Assembly (NCBI GenBank): GCA_019359235.1
Contig: JAHHHT010000036.1
Span: 1 to 24,244, forward strand
DNA: 24,244 nucleotides
Reading direction: 5' to 3'
Source: Oscillatoria princeps RMCB-10
GTDB lineage: Bacteria > Cyanobacteriota > Cyanobacteriia > Cyanobacteriales > Oscillatoriaceae
The notes under the pieces are model-generated. The model saw nothing but the letters and a program-made list of their open reading frames with translations, searched no databases and was not told where the DNA came from. How positions within the stretch are numbered: position 1 is the stretch's first letter; the number at the start of each line of letters is the position of its first letter. The position numbers and the translations under genes are program-made. Positions 1 to 8,167 of the stretch are shown here, piece after piece.

Positions 1-215
1 TACGAACTTTTGGGCTGAAGCCCAACTACGAACTTTTGGGCTGAAGCCCAACTACGAACTTTTGGGCTGAAGCCCAACTACGAACTTTTGGGCTGAAGCC
101 CAACTACGAACTTTTGGGCTGAAGCCCAACTACGAACTTTTGGGCTGAAGCCCCATTGGGCTAAAGCCCAACTACGAACTTTGGGCTAAAGCCCAACTAC
201 GAACTTTGGGAGCAA
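1..215. repeat. Tandem array of a 26-bp unit (TACGAACTTTTGGGCTGAAGCCCAAC). There are about 6 perfect copies, then degenerate copies (GGGCTAAAGCCC variants). Each unit holds a palindrome TTGGGCT-GA-AGCCCAA. No spacers are present.
   Basis: The period-26 repetition from base 1 is directly visible. The array runs to the window edge and so may continue upstream. It lies just past the 3' end of the minus-strand tlyA-like gene. Confidence 0.9.
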
Positions 216-228
216 GCGTTCATCTGCG

Positions 229-1047
229 TTAATCTGCGGGTTTTAATTCCCTCTGGGCATTGCCGGCAATCTCTGCGATGGCGTCTAAATCGGGGGCAGG
301 CATTTGACTGTCCATCCCCAGCCACAAAAGATATTCAATATTGCCGGCGGGTCCCGTTACCGGCGACCAGGTTAAGCCGCGATATTTCCACCCTTGCTCG
401 ATAGCAAATTGCAAGACTTTGGCTATGGCACCGGCTTGAGCTGCTGTGTCGCGCACGACGCCTTTTTTGCCGACGCGCTCTCGCCCCACTTCAAATTGTG
501 GCTTCACCAGCAATACCGCTTCCCTCGGTGGCTGCAGGAGTTCCCACAGTGCCGGCATCACCTTGGTCAGGGAAATAAACGACAGGTCCGCGACGCCCAA
601 ATCTGCTGGCTCTTTACTAGCATATAACTCATCTTTTGTCAAGTAGCGCAGGTTGGTGCGCTCTCGCAAAATCACTCGCGGGTCGTTGCGGATGCCCCAG
701 TCAACTTGCCCGTAACCAACGTCAATGCCGTAGACAAGCTGGGCACCGGCTTGCAGGAGACAGTCGGTGAAGCCGCCGGTGGAGATGCCGCCATCGAGGC
801 ATATCCGACCGGCAGCGGATATGCCAAAGACTTCTAGGGCTTTGGCCAGTTTTTCGCCGCCTCTGGAGACGTAGCGGCTGTGCTGTTTAATCTGTATCTC
901 GGCGGTGATGTCAACTTCGGTGCCCGGTTTGTCGATGACTTGCCGGTTCACCATCACTTCGCCGGCGCGAATCAGTCGCTGCGCCAGCTGTCGCGAGGCG
1001 CACAGGTCCAGCTCTACTAAGAGGGTGTCGAGTCGCTGTTTGGTCAA
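229..1047 (-). CDS. tlyA: TlyA-family 16S/23S rRNA (cytidine-2'-O)-methyltransferase (hemolysin A-like), with an S4 RNA-binding N-terminus and an FtsJ-like methyltransferase domain.
   Basis: 272-aa ORF. The N-terminal KQRLDTLLVELDL...SRQLAQRLIRAGEV resembles an S4 domain. The RYVSRGGEKL and LDGGISTGGFTDCLL motifs match the TlyA/FtsJ fold. The apparent start codon is TTG. Confidence 0.85.
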   Translation of the reverse strand: MTKQRLDTLLVELDLCASRQLAQRLIRAGEVMVNRQVIDKPGTEVDITAEIQIKQHSRYVSRGGEKLAKALEVFGISAAGRICLDGGISTGGFTDCLLQAGAQLVYGIDVGYGQVDWGIRNDPRVILRERTNLRYLTKDELYASKEPADLGVADLSFISLTKVMPALWELLQPPREAVLLVKPQFEVGRERVGKKGVVRDTAAQAGAIAKVLQFAIEQGWKYRGLTWSPVTGPAGNIEYLLWLGMDSQMPAPDLDAIAEIAGNAQRELKPAD

Positions 1048-1175
1048 GGAACCTTAAGATTTAATGTTCTGATGGTTGTTTATTACGCATATCTCTTACT
1101 GGATAACTGTATTCTATGTTACAGTTTTACCAGAAATAACAGGATACAGTCCTGAAAGGCTAGGGAGAAATACCT

Positions 1176-1604
1176 ATGTCAGAAGCGAACCTGACTCCGT
1201 GCGCTCAGGAACTCTACGGCTGGATTGTGCGGCGAGAGGGTGCCGGTGGGAAGCAGAAAATTGACCTGCGGGACTTTCGCGCTTGGACGGAGGAGTATGG
1301 CGAGACACCCTGCAGGGAGCGGGAGATTTTGGAGGGGCTCAGACAGCTTGAGGAATTCGAGTTGATCAAGATTGCTAAAACGGAAGTGACGCTGGATGTC
1401 AAACCGGCTGGTTTCGGGAAGCCGGCGTTGGGCGAGCGCCCGAATCCATTCCGGCTGGTTTTCCTGTCAGTATTGAGTTCTTTTGCGGTGGGGCTGACTC
1501 CTCTGGCGGTCGGTTTAGCCTTTCCCCAAACACAGCCTCTGTTTCTCACGAGTGCCCACCCTTGGAGTGTCTTGGGTGAAACAGACACCGGCTCACCCCA
1601 CTGA
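1176..1604 (+). CDS. Hypothetical protein: a charged N-terminal half and a hydrophobic, low-complexity C-terminal half.
   Basis: 142-aa ORF with AGGGAG about 9 nt upstream of the ATG. I prefer it over the overlapping minus-strand ORF 1214..1588, whose S/R/P-rich composition looks antisense. I recognise no family. Confidence 0.4.
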   Translation: MSEANLTPCAQELYGWIVRREGAGGKQKIDLRDFRAWTEEYGETPCREREILEGLRQLEEFELIKIAKTEVTLDVKPAGFGKPALGERPNPFRLVFLSVLSSFAVGLTPLAVGLAFPQTQPLFLTSAHPWSVLGETDTGSPH

Positions 1605-1826
1605 CGGCGGTGGGGCGCGGTCGCTTTTGTTGCGGGTTGGAGTGCCGGTGGGACAGCAGTCCGGTTTGAGGCTATTTTGAAGCGTTTTAAAGCCGCCGCG
1701 GATCTGGGCTGACCGGTCAGAAGCCAGGACTCTTGGCCAACTTTTTATAGTTTCTGTTTAATCACTTATTTTTTGAAATGCCGGTTGGAAGGGCGGTGAG
1801 AAAGCCGGTTTCTGGATGCAAAAACA

Positions 1827-1863
1827 GTAGGGTGCGTTCCCCCTTTGGGGGAACGCACCCTAC
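1827..1863 (-). terminator. Perfect 17-bp stem / 3-nt loop hairpin GTAGGGTGCGTTCCCCC-TTT-GGGGGAACGCACCCTAC. On the minus strand it is followed by a T-run (the complement of AAAAACAG), so it is a candidate apcF terminator or a palindromic repeat element.
   Basis: Perfect inverted repeat read from the sequence. It shares the 12-mer AGTAGGGTGCGT with the 4726..5092 repeat family. It lies about 160 nt past the apcF stop. Confidence 0.5.
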
Positions 1864-2026
1864 CAATTTAAAAGAATTTGTTAAACCGGATTTTTTTATA
1901 CAAGACTTGCGGTGGAGCGGACTTTAGTTCGCGTGCGGGGCGAGAGCAGTTGCCACCGCACCGGCTGGGCGCGGGGGCGATAGCAACTGTCGCTCGCCAT
2001 TGGGTTCTCCGCAAGGGGGGAGTCCG

Positions 2027-2536
2027 TTAGATATCCTGTTCGCTCAGCTCGCGGGTCATGTGGTCAAAGGGCTGGTCGAGCCAAGGGCCAGGCTCAATTC
2101 CTGCAGATGCGACTTGTTGGCGGACAAGATCCTTGAGAATTTGAATCCCCAAAACGGTCGGGCCAATGGGCACGCCCAAAGAATTGTAGGTTTCCCGCAG
2201 ACCTTGCAGCACGCGCTCGTCGAGCACGTCCGTATCACCCGCCACTAGCGCGTAGGTGGCATAGCGGAGGTAATAGTCCATATCCCGCAGACAGGCTGCG
2301 TAGCGACGAGTGGTGTAGGCATTTCCACCAGGACGGATCAGTTCCGGCTGTTCGGCAAACAGCTGCGATCCAGCCTGCTTAACCAGCCCGGCTGCGTTAG
2401 CATTGATGGCAGCGGCGGCCTGAATCCGTGCCGTGCCGGTGGCAAAATAGGATTTCAGCCGGTCAATGGCATCCCGGTCGAGATAGCGACCCGTTACATC
2501 GTAGTTTTTAATCAGGCTTGTGATTGCGTCCCGCAT
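2027..2536 (-). CDS. apcF: Allophycocyanin beta-18 subunit ApcF, a phycobilisome core component.
   Basis: 169-aa ORF. MRDAITSLIKNYDVTGRYLDRDAIDRLKSYF...AAAAINANAAGLVKQAG..LFAEQPELIRPGGNAYTTRRYAACLRDMDYYLRYATYALVAGDTDVLDERVLQGLRETYNSLGVP matches the phycobiliprotein beta fold with the chromophore Cys in the CLRD motif. Length and N-terminus are typical of ApcF. A GGGAGAAG ribosome-binding site lies upstream. Confidence 0.85.
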   Translation of the reverse strand: MRDAITSLIKNYDVTGRYLDRDAIDRLKSYFATGTARIQAAAAINANAAGLVKQAGSQLFAEQPELIRPGGNAYTTRRYAACLRDMDYYLRYATYALVAGDTDVLDERVLQGLRETYNSLGVPIGPTVLGIQILKDLVRQQVASAGIEPGPWLDQPFDHMTRELSEQDI

Positions 2537-2774
2537 TAAATTCTTCTCCCAACAACTTCAACAGAAAAGCGAAAGCGACTCGTGACCGAAGTGCGCTCGC
2601 TGCCTGTAGCAGCGGCGCACTGACTTGCCCGCTCGGGCTCGGGCGCTATCCACCGGTCGGGCAGATAAGGCGTAGGGACAAGAGCAGCACCTGTTGTCCC
2701 GCTAGTCCGAGCGGTCGTCTGATAAATAGCCCATTGTAGTGTACTACAAAGCGCTCACCAGCAACATATGGGAG

Positions 2775-2935
2775 GCGGGTACTGGGCATGGGGCATGGGG
2801 CATGGGGCATGGGGTATGGGATTTCAGGACACCTAGCACCTAACCCCTAACTTCTAACCCCTGACCCCTAACACCTAACTTCTAACCCCTGACCCCTGAC
2901 CCCTAACCCCTAACCCCTTAGGGCGTGGGGGCTGG
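2775..2935. repeat. Heptanucleotide tandem repeats (STRR-like): GGGGCAT x4-5, then CCCTAAC / CCCTGAC / ACTTCTA variants x about 12.
   Basis: Period-7 repetition is visible in the apcF / glnA divergent intergenic region. The CCCTAAC units look telomere-like but have a 7-nt period. Confidence 0.8.
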
Positions 2936-3058
2936 CGGAGGCCAGCCTGTTTGGCAGCTCGACCGAACCCGCCGCGATTCTTAATCTTTTCTCTATGAGA
3001 GCGGAAGGGCGACTGTGGTTAGATCCATCTTGGATCGCAATCGAGCACACAATAAATT

Positions 3059-3101
3059 GTATCCAGCAATACAAAATCCTGAAAGTCCTAGTCCGTAGGA
3101 T
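3059..3101 (+). promoter_or_regulatory. Candidate NtcA-activated promoter for glnA: GTATCCAGCAATAC (GTA-N8-TAC), followed about 23 nt later by the -10-like TAGGAT (TAN3T).
   Basis: Both motifs were read directly, at 3059..3072 and 3096..3101. The geometry matches the canonical class II NtcA promoter, about 60-100 nt upstream of the glnA ATG. Confidence 0.5.
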
Positions 3102-3163
3102 GATTCGGGTTCAACAGAATGGCAATAGTTGAGCGATTAAGGACATAAGGTAAGGAGTCATTC

Positions 3164-4582
3164 ATGCCGCAAACCGCGCAAGAAGTCTTGCAGCTAATCC
3201 AAGAGCAAGATATAAAAATCGTAGACCTGAAATTTATCGACACGCCAGGGATCTGGCAGCACTGCTCGTTCTACCGCGACCTGATTGACGAGAGTGCCTT
3301 CGACGAGGGCGTGCCTTTCGACGGTTCCAGCATTCGGGGCTGGAAAGCCATCAACGAATCAGACATGTCAATGGTGCCCGATCCGACCACAGCTTGGATC
3401 GACCCGTTCATGAAAGAGAAGACCTTGAGCATGATCTGCAGCATCAAGGAACCGCGCACCAACGAGTGGTACAGCCGCGATCCGCGCACGATTGCTCAGA
3501 AGTCGATCGACTACCTGATTTCCACCGGCATTGGCGACACGGCTTTCATTGGCCCAGAAGCGGAGTTCTTCATCTTTGATGATGTCCGGTTTGACCAAAC
3601 CCAGAACACGGGCTATTACTATGTAGACTCAGTGGAAGGTCGCTGGAACTCCGGTAAAGAGGAAAAGCCAAACCTGGGTTACAAACCCCGCTACAAGGAA
3701 GGTTACTTCCCGGTTGCGCCAACGGACACGCAGCAGGACATCCGCACGGAGATGCTGCTGACGATGGCGGAATGCGGCGTCCCCATTGAAAAGCACCACC
3801 ACGAAGTGGCCACGGGCGGGCAGAACGAGCTGGGCTTCCGGTTTGACACTCTGGTGAAGGCCGCTGACTACCTGATGACTTATAAGTATGTCATCAAGAA
3901 CGTTGCCAAGAAGTACGGCAAAACCGTCACCTTCATGCCGAAACCGCTGTTTAACGACAACGGTTCTGGGATGCACACCCACCAGTCGATCTGGAAGGAT
4001 GGCCAACCCCTGTTCTGGGGCGATGGCTACGCCAACCTGAGCAAGACGGCGCTGCATTATATCGGCGGCTTGCTCAAGCACGCACCGGCGCTGCTGGCGC
4101 TCACCAACCCCACCACCAATTCCTACAAGCGGCTGGTTCCCGGGTTTGAAGCGCCGGTGAACTTGGCCTACTCCCAAGGCAACCGCTCAGCTTCGATTCG
4201 CATCCCGCTGTCGGGTACAAATCCCAAGGCCAAGCGGCTAGAGTTCCGCTGTCCCGACGCTACTTGCAACCCATACTTGGCGTTTGCGGCGATGCTGTGT
4301 GCCGGTTTGGATGGCATCAAGAACGAGATCGATCCGGGCGAGTCTCTGGATGTGGACATCTACGACCTGACCCCAGAAGAACTGGCCAAGGTGCCGTCCA
4401 CTCCCGGCTCTCTGCTAGACGCTCTCAAGGCGCTGGAAGCGGATCACGAGTTCCTGCTTGCCGGTGGGGTGTTCACGGAAGACTTCCTGACAACCTGGAT
4501 TGAGTACAAGATTGACAACGAAGTCAACCCGATGCGGCTGCGCCCGCACCCCTACGAGTTTGCGCTCTATTATGATTGCTAA
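3164..4582 (+). CDS. glnA: Glutamine synthetase type I (GlnA).
   Basis: 472-aa ORF with hallmark GSI regions throughout ([75 protein letters not shown]). AAGGAG ribosome-binding site. Confidence 0.97.
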   Translation: MPQTAQEVLQLIQEQDIKIVDLKFIDTPGIWQHCSFYRDLIDESAFDEGVPFDGSSIRGWKAINESDMSMVPDPTTAWIDPFMKEKTLSMICSIKEPRTNEWYSRDPRTIAQKSIDYLISTGIGDTAFIGPEAEFFIFDDVRFDQTQNTGYYYVDSVEGRWNSGKEEKPNLGYKPRYKEGYFPVAPTDTQQDIRTEMLLTMAECGVPIEKHHHEVATGGQNELGFRFDTLVKAADYLMTYKYVIKNVAKKYGKTVTFMPKPLFNDNGSGMHTHQSIWKDGQPLFWGDGYANLSKTALHYIGGLLKHAPALLALTNPTTNSYKRLVPGFEAPVNLAYSQGNRSASIRIPLSGTNPKAKRLEFRCPDATCNPYLAFAAMLCAGLDGIKNEIDPGESLDVDIYDLTPEELAKVPSTPGSLLDALKALEADHEFLLAGGVFTEDFLTTWIEYKIDNEVNPMRLRPHPYEFALYYDC

Positions 4583-4609
4583 TCTAGGCAATTCGTGAAC
4601 TTCTTAAGG

Positions 4610-4636
4610 ACGCCACCCTGCGGGGTGGCGTTTTTT
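4610..4636 (+). terminator. Rho-independent terminator of glnA: ACGCCACCC-TGCG-GGGTGGCGT followed by TTTTTT.
   Basis: A 9-bp GC-rich stem plus a T6 run, 28 nt after the glnA stop. Confidence 0.8.
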
Positions 4637-4643
4637 GTGATAA

Positions 4644-4712
4644 TGGGGCATGGGGCATGGGGTATGGGGCATGGGGGATTGGGCATTGGGCATTGGGCAT
4701 TGGGCATTGGTT
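4644..4712. repeat. Heptamer tandem repeats GGGGCAT / GGGGTAT / GGGCATT (about 9 units).
   Basis: Directly visible. Same family as the 2775..2935 array. Confidence 0.8.
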
Positions 4713-4725
4713 ACACCTAAGTATT

Positions 4726-5092
4726 AGTAGGGTGCGTGACGCCGCCGCACCGGCACTACTTGTGCGGAATTATCTCTTGGCGTCACGCACCCTACTGTAA
4801 AATAGTAGGCGTCACGCACCGCACGGCTGGACTTACTGGGGTGCGTGACGCCCCAACATAAGCGCACTATTTGTGCGGAATTATCTCTTGGCGGAAGGCA
4901 CCCTACTGTAAAATAGTGCGTGACGCCGCCGCACCGGCACTACTTGTGCGGAATTATCTCTTGGCATCACGCACCCTACTGTAAAATAGTAGGCGTCACG
5001 CACCGCACAGCTGGACTTACTGGGGTGCGTGACGCCGCCGCACAGGCGCACTACTTGTGCGGAATTATCTCTTGGCGTCACGCACCCTACTG
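4726..5092. repeat. Composite palindromic repeat array. Alternating modules A (AGTAGGGTGCGTGACGCC ... GGCGTCACGCACCCTACT around an inner CCGCAC..GTGCGG hairpin) and B (GGCGTCACGCACC ... GGTGCGTGACGCC), about 2.5 copies of a roughly 135-bp A+B unit.
   Basis: Nested inverted repeats and direct repetition were read from the sequence. The track ORF 4881..5081 (minus) lies wholly inside the array and is judged spurious. Confidence 0.85.
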
Positions 5093-5131
5093 CTGTTAAA
5101 ATTTGCTTCTCCCCCCAAAAGAGGAAAAATA

Positions 5132-5587
5132 ATGATGACCTCCGAAATTTTGAAAATCAATAGTCCTAAAGTAGTTCATGAAATCATTGACGGTGAAGTC
5201 GTAATTGTCCATCTGTTGAAAGGGCATTATTATAGCCTGGTCAAAACAGGGGCGGATATTTGGAGCGGAATTGAAAGAGGCATTTCTAGGGAGCGGATTC
5301 TGGAAGAGATGGTGAGCCGGTACGATGGCGATCCGGCAGATATTGAAAAGGCGGTAAACAATATGATAGAACAGTTGCAGGAGGAGGAACTGATCGCTGT
5401 CGCACAGACAGAGGAATCGGGAACTGCAGCCGCCGGCGCAATCGAAGCGAAGGCCAATCCAGAAAAGCTTAGCTTTGAGCCACCAAAGTTAGATAAGTAC
5501 ACGGATATGGAAGATTTGCTGCTGTTAGATCCCATCCATGAAGTTGATGAAACAGGCTGGCCCAATGTCAAGCCGGCGGGTGTGTGA
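5132..5587 (+). CDS. PqqD-family peptide chaperone / RiPP recognition element (RRE), with a roughly 60-aa acidic C-terminal extension.
   Basis: PKVVHEIIDGEVVIVHLLKGHYYSLVKTGADIWSGIERGISRERILEEMVSRYDGDPADIEKAVNNMIEQLQEEELI matches the PqqD / lasso B1 pattern (xxDGExVLLxxxxGxYYxLNxTGAxIWxLLxGxxxxxEIxxxLxxxYxxDxxxxxxDVxxFLxxLxxxGLI). The start was moved to the ATGATG at 5132, which has an AAGAGGA ribosome-binding site. The track start at 5057 lies inside the repeat array. Confidence 0.75.
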   Translation: MMTSEILKINSPKVVHEIIDGEVVIVHLLKGHYYSLVKTGADIWSGIERGISRERILEEMVSRYDGDPADIEKAVNNMIEQLQEEELIAVAQTEESGTAAAGAIEAKANPEKLSFEPPKLDKYTDMEDLLLLDPIHEVDETGWPNVKPAGV

Positions 5588-6678
5588 AAAGACTGATGAT
5601 AAACAAATTATTGCAGCCGGATATGGCAGCCAAGAATGCTATAATGGAGCCGCTGGAGTTTTTCGATGCGGTTTATCAAAAGTACGAAAAAGCTGAAGCT
5701 GCTGGCGGGGGGTGTGTTGAGCGTTATTATTGTATAGCCGGTTTTGCAGTTCGGTTGCGTTTTGCCGGAGGGGCGCTGCTACCATATATCACACCGGCTT
5801 TAGCGCACTTGGCGACAGAACCTGTTGGGGAGCCGGTGCTGACTGTGTGTTTGTGGGACAGTGACTCTACGAACACGGCAATGCCGCCGCCGCCTTGGCA
5901 AGCGGATGATTATCGAGATCGCGGGGAAATTCGAGGGTTCATCAACGAGCGAATTCAGACGATTTTCCAAGTAGGAGTGAATGCGCTGTCGCTTTTGGAC
6001 AGAGAGCGGAATTTGGGTATATACTGGGTTAAGACTGCCAAACAGATTCCCTACTATGAAAGTAGCGCTCCTCTGCGGGCAATTTTTCACTTGTGGATGA
6101 GTCAGCGGGGAATCCAACTGATTCATGCCGGTGCGGTGGGACTTCCCAGTGGGGGGGTGTTGCTGGTGGGAAAGGGGGGTTCGGGCAAATCGACCACAGC
6201 TCTAGCTTGTCTGAATTCCGAGCTTTTCTATGCTAGCGATGATTACTGTTTGCTGGCGCACCACCCCACCCCAACGGTTTTCAGTATTTACAGCACCGGC
6301 AAGAAAAATGCGGATGATGTGGGAAGATTGCCGTTTATGGTTTCACATATCAGCAATCCTGACCGGCTCGGTACAGAAAAAGCGGTTTATTTTTTGAGCG
6401 AGAGTTTTCCGGACAAACTTTTGCCAAGTTTTCCGCTCAGGGCAATTTTGATACCGCGCATTAGTGGGGGGAGAGAGACGGCATTGAAACCGGCATCGCC
6501 GGCTGCCGGTCTGGTGGCGCTGGCTCCGAGTACAATATTTCAATTGCCAGGTGCGGGGAAAGAGGCGTTTCAGACAATGGGACAACTTGTCAGGCAGGTT
6601 CCTTGCTATCAGCTGAACTTGGGCACTGACACCGGGCAAATTCCTGAGGTGATTTTAGAATTATTAGCGGATAATTAA
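5584..6678 (+). CDS. HPr kinase/phosphorylase-related kinase (HprK C-terminal-domain-like with a P-loop), of the kind seen as a RiPP or lasso-peptide tailoring kinase.
   Basis: GVLLVGKGGSGKSTTALACLNSELFYASDDYCLL parallels the HprK [30 protein letters not shown] core. The GTG start overlaps the upstream stop (GTGA), which suggests translational coupling with the RRE gene. Confidence 0.7.
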   Translation: MKRLMINKLLQPDMAAKNAIMEPLEFFDAVYQKYEKAEAAGGGCVERYYCIAGFAVRLRFAGGALLPYITPALAHLATEPVGEPVLTVCLWDSDSTNTAMPPPPWQADDYRDRGEIRGFINERIQTIFQVGVNALSLLDRERNLGIYWVKTAKQIPYYESSAPLRAIFHLWMSQRGIQLIHAGAVGLPSGGVLLVGKGGSGKSTTALACLNSELFYASDDYCLLAHHPTPTVFSIYSTGKKNADDVGRLPFMVSHISNPDRLGTEKAVYFLSESFPDKLLPSFPLRAILIPRISGGRETALKPASPAAGLVALAPSTIFQLPGAGKEAFQTMGQLVRQVPCYQLNLGTDTGQIPEVILELLADN

Positions 6679-6681
6679 GCC

Positions 6682-7458
6682 ATGCAATCTGACCAATTCT
6701 TTGTGAGCGTTATTATCCCCGTGTACAATGGAGAAGCTTTTTTGGCAGAAGCTGTTGAGAGTGTGCGGCAGCTTAATTACCATCCTCTAGAAATTCTCAT
6801 TGTAGACGATGGCTCGACAGATGGCACTGCCGTAATTGCCAAAAACTTCCAGGGGGATGTCCGCTATGTGTGGCAATCTAATAGTGGGCCATCTGCTGCC
6901 CGCAATACGGGACTGAAGATGGCAAGGGGGAACATTATCGCTTTTTTGGATGCGGACGATTTGTGGCCAAACAATAAATTAGAAATTCAGCTGGCGTGCT
7001 TGGCTGCAAATCCATCGGTCGAAATTGTCGGGGGGTACATACAGTATATGCGGCGCTCGGAGAGCGCTACAGACACACAATTATTGGTTGAATTTGCCGA
7101 ACCTATTGTTTCTTTTAACTTGGGGGGTGCGATTTTTAGGAGGCCGGTGTTTGACAGAATAGGCTTGTTTGACGAGAAGCTGCGTTACAGTGAGGATGTT
7201 GACTGGTTTATGCGAGCTTGGGAGAAGGGGGTTTCAATGCTTGTGTTGAAGCAGGTGACGCTGTTTTATCGAAGACACCTGGACAGCATGACTTATGGAA
7301 CCAATTTACACGATCTTAATTTCATTAAGATCCTCAAAAAATCTCTGGACCGGCGTCGGCAACAAAGCAATGGCTCAGCCGCGCCACTTCCTGGATTTTC
7401 CTATGTGGATGAACCTACAGGCAAGCCTACTGTAAACCACTTTGAAGAGGGATTATAA
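6682..7458 (+). CDS. Glycosyltransferase family 2 (short GT-A fold), paralog 1.
   Basis: VSVIIPVYNGEAFLAEAVESV..LEILIVDDGSTDGT...AARNTG...FLDADDLWPNNKL is the classic GT2 N-terminal domain with a DxD motif. Confidence 0.85.
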   Translation: MQSDQFFVSVIIPVYNGEAFLAEAVESVRQLNYHPLEILIVDDGSTDGTAVIAKNFQGDVRYVWQSNSGPSAARNTGLKMARGNIIAFLDADDLWPNNKLEIQLACLAANPSVEIVGGYIQYMRRSESATDTQLLVEFAEPIVSFNLGGAIFRRPVFDRIGLFDEKLRYSEDVDWFMRAWEKGVSMLVLKQVTLFYRRHLDSMTYGTNLHDLNFIKILKKSLDRRRQQSNGSAAPLPGFSYVDEPTGKPTVNHFEEGL

Positions 7459-7460
7459 CT

Positions 7461-8150
7461 GTGGAGAGACTGTTAGTGAGTGTTATTGTTCCTGTTTATA
7501 ATGGCGAGCGCTATTTATCGGCGGCGCTGGAAAGTATTTTCGCTCAGGACTATCATCCCTTCGAGGTGATTGTTGTGGATGATGGTTCGGTTGATAGCAC
7601 TGCGGCCATCGCCAAATCCTTCAAATCAGTTCAATATATCTACCAAACTAATCAGGGGATTGCTAATGCTATGAACAGGGGGATCGATGCTGCCGGTGGA
7701 GAATTGATTGCTTTTCTCGATCAAGATGACCTGTGGACACCCAACAAATTGAGGCTTCAGGTTGATTACTTGGTCAATCACCCAGAAATCCAATACGCGA
7801 TCTCCCTGGTGAAGTTTTTTCTGGAACCGGGGTGTTCTGTCCCGCCCGGCTTCAAAACAGAATTATTAGAGAAAGAACAGGTGGGTCGCATCCCCGGCGC
7901 TTTAATGGCCCGCAAATCTTTGTTGGCGCTAATCGGTCAATTTAATGCGGAGTTTACCATTGCATCCGATGCGGACTGGTTCGCCAGAGCTAAAGATAGT
8001 AACATACCTTGGGCTGTGATTCCTGAAGTTTTGCTTCACAAGCGCGTCCACAACACAAATGTTTCATCAAACGCACGATTGAACAACAAGGAGCTGTTGG
8101 CTTTACTGAGAAAATCAATTGCTCGCCAACAAAAATCCACTCAAGAATAG
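7461..8150 (+). CDS. Glycosyltransferase family 2, paralog 2.
   Basis: VSVIVPVYNGERYLSAALESI..FEVIVVDDGSVDSTA...FLDQDDLWTPNKL. Collinear with paralogs 1 and 3. It starts 2 nt after the previous stop. Confidence 0.85.
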   Translation: MERLLVSVIVPVYNGERYLSAALESIFAQDYHPFEVIVVDDGSVDSTAAIAKSFKSVQYIYQTNQGIANAMNRGIDAAGGELIAFLDQDDLWTPNKLRLQVDYLVNHPEIQYAISLVKFFLEPGCSVPPGFKTELLEKEQVGRIPGALMARKSLLALIGQFNAEFTIASDADWFARAKDSNIPWAVIPEVLLHKRVHNTNVSSNARLNNKELLALLRKSIARQQKSTQE

Positions 8151-8167
8151 CAAAAGGAATCCTCAAG

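Noticed and set aside
1-215. Possible CRISPR array, given the regular 26-bp repeats with internal palindromes.
   Set aside because: The units are directly contiguous with no spacers, and no cas genes are nearby. This is a plain tandem repeat.
1214-1588. 124-aa minus-strand ORF.
   Set aside because: It overlaps the plus-strand ORF 1176..1604, which has a ribosome-binding site. The minus frame is R/S/P-rich. Neither ORF has homology support, so the plus-strand call itself is only moderate.
2840-2935. Telomere-like CCCTAAC repeats.
   Set aside because: The period is 7 nt, the location is an internal intergenic site, and it lies within a mixed heptamer array. This fits cyanobacterial STRRs, not a telomere.
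3629-4177. 182-aa minus-strand ORF inside glnA.
   Set aside because: It is antisense to the unambiguous glnA, and its Arg/Gly/Val-rich composition is typical of a GC-rich antisense frame.
4881-5081. 66-aa minus-strand ORF.
   Set aside because: It lies entirely within the palindromic repeat array. Its two halves are near-duplicate translations of the repeat, and it has no ribosome-binding site.
5057-5131. Upstream in-frame extension of the RRE gene (MRNYLLASRTLLLLKFASPPKRGKI), considered as a possible fused precursor or leader.
   Set aside because: The sequence is simply the translated repeat array. The strong ribosome-binding site sits at 5121..5127, immediately before the ATG at 5132. It is kept only as a note within a finding.
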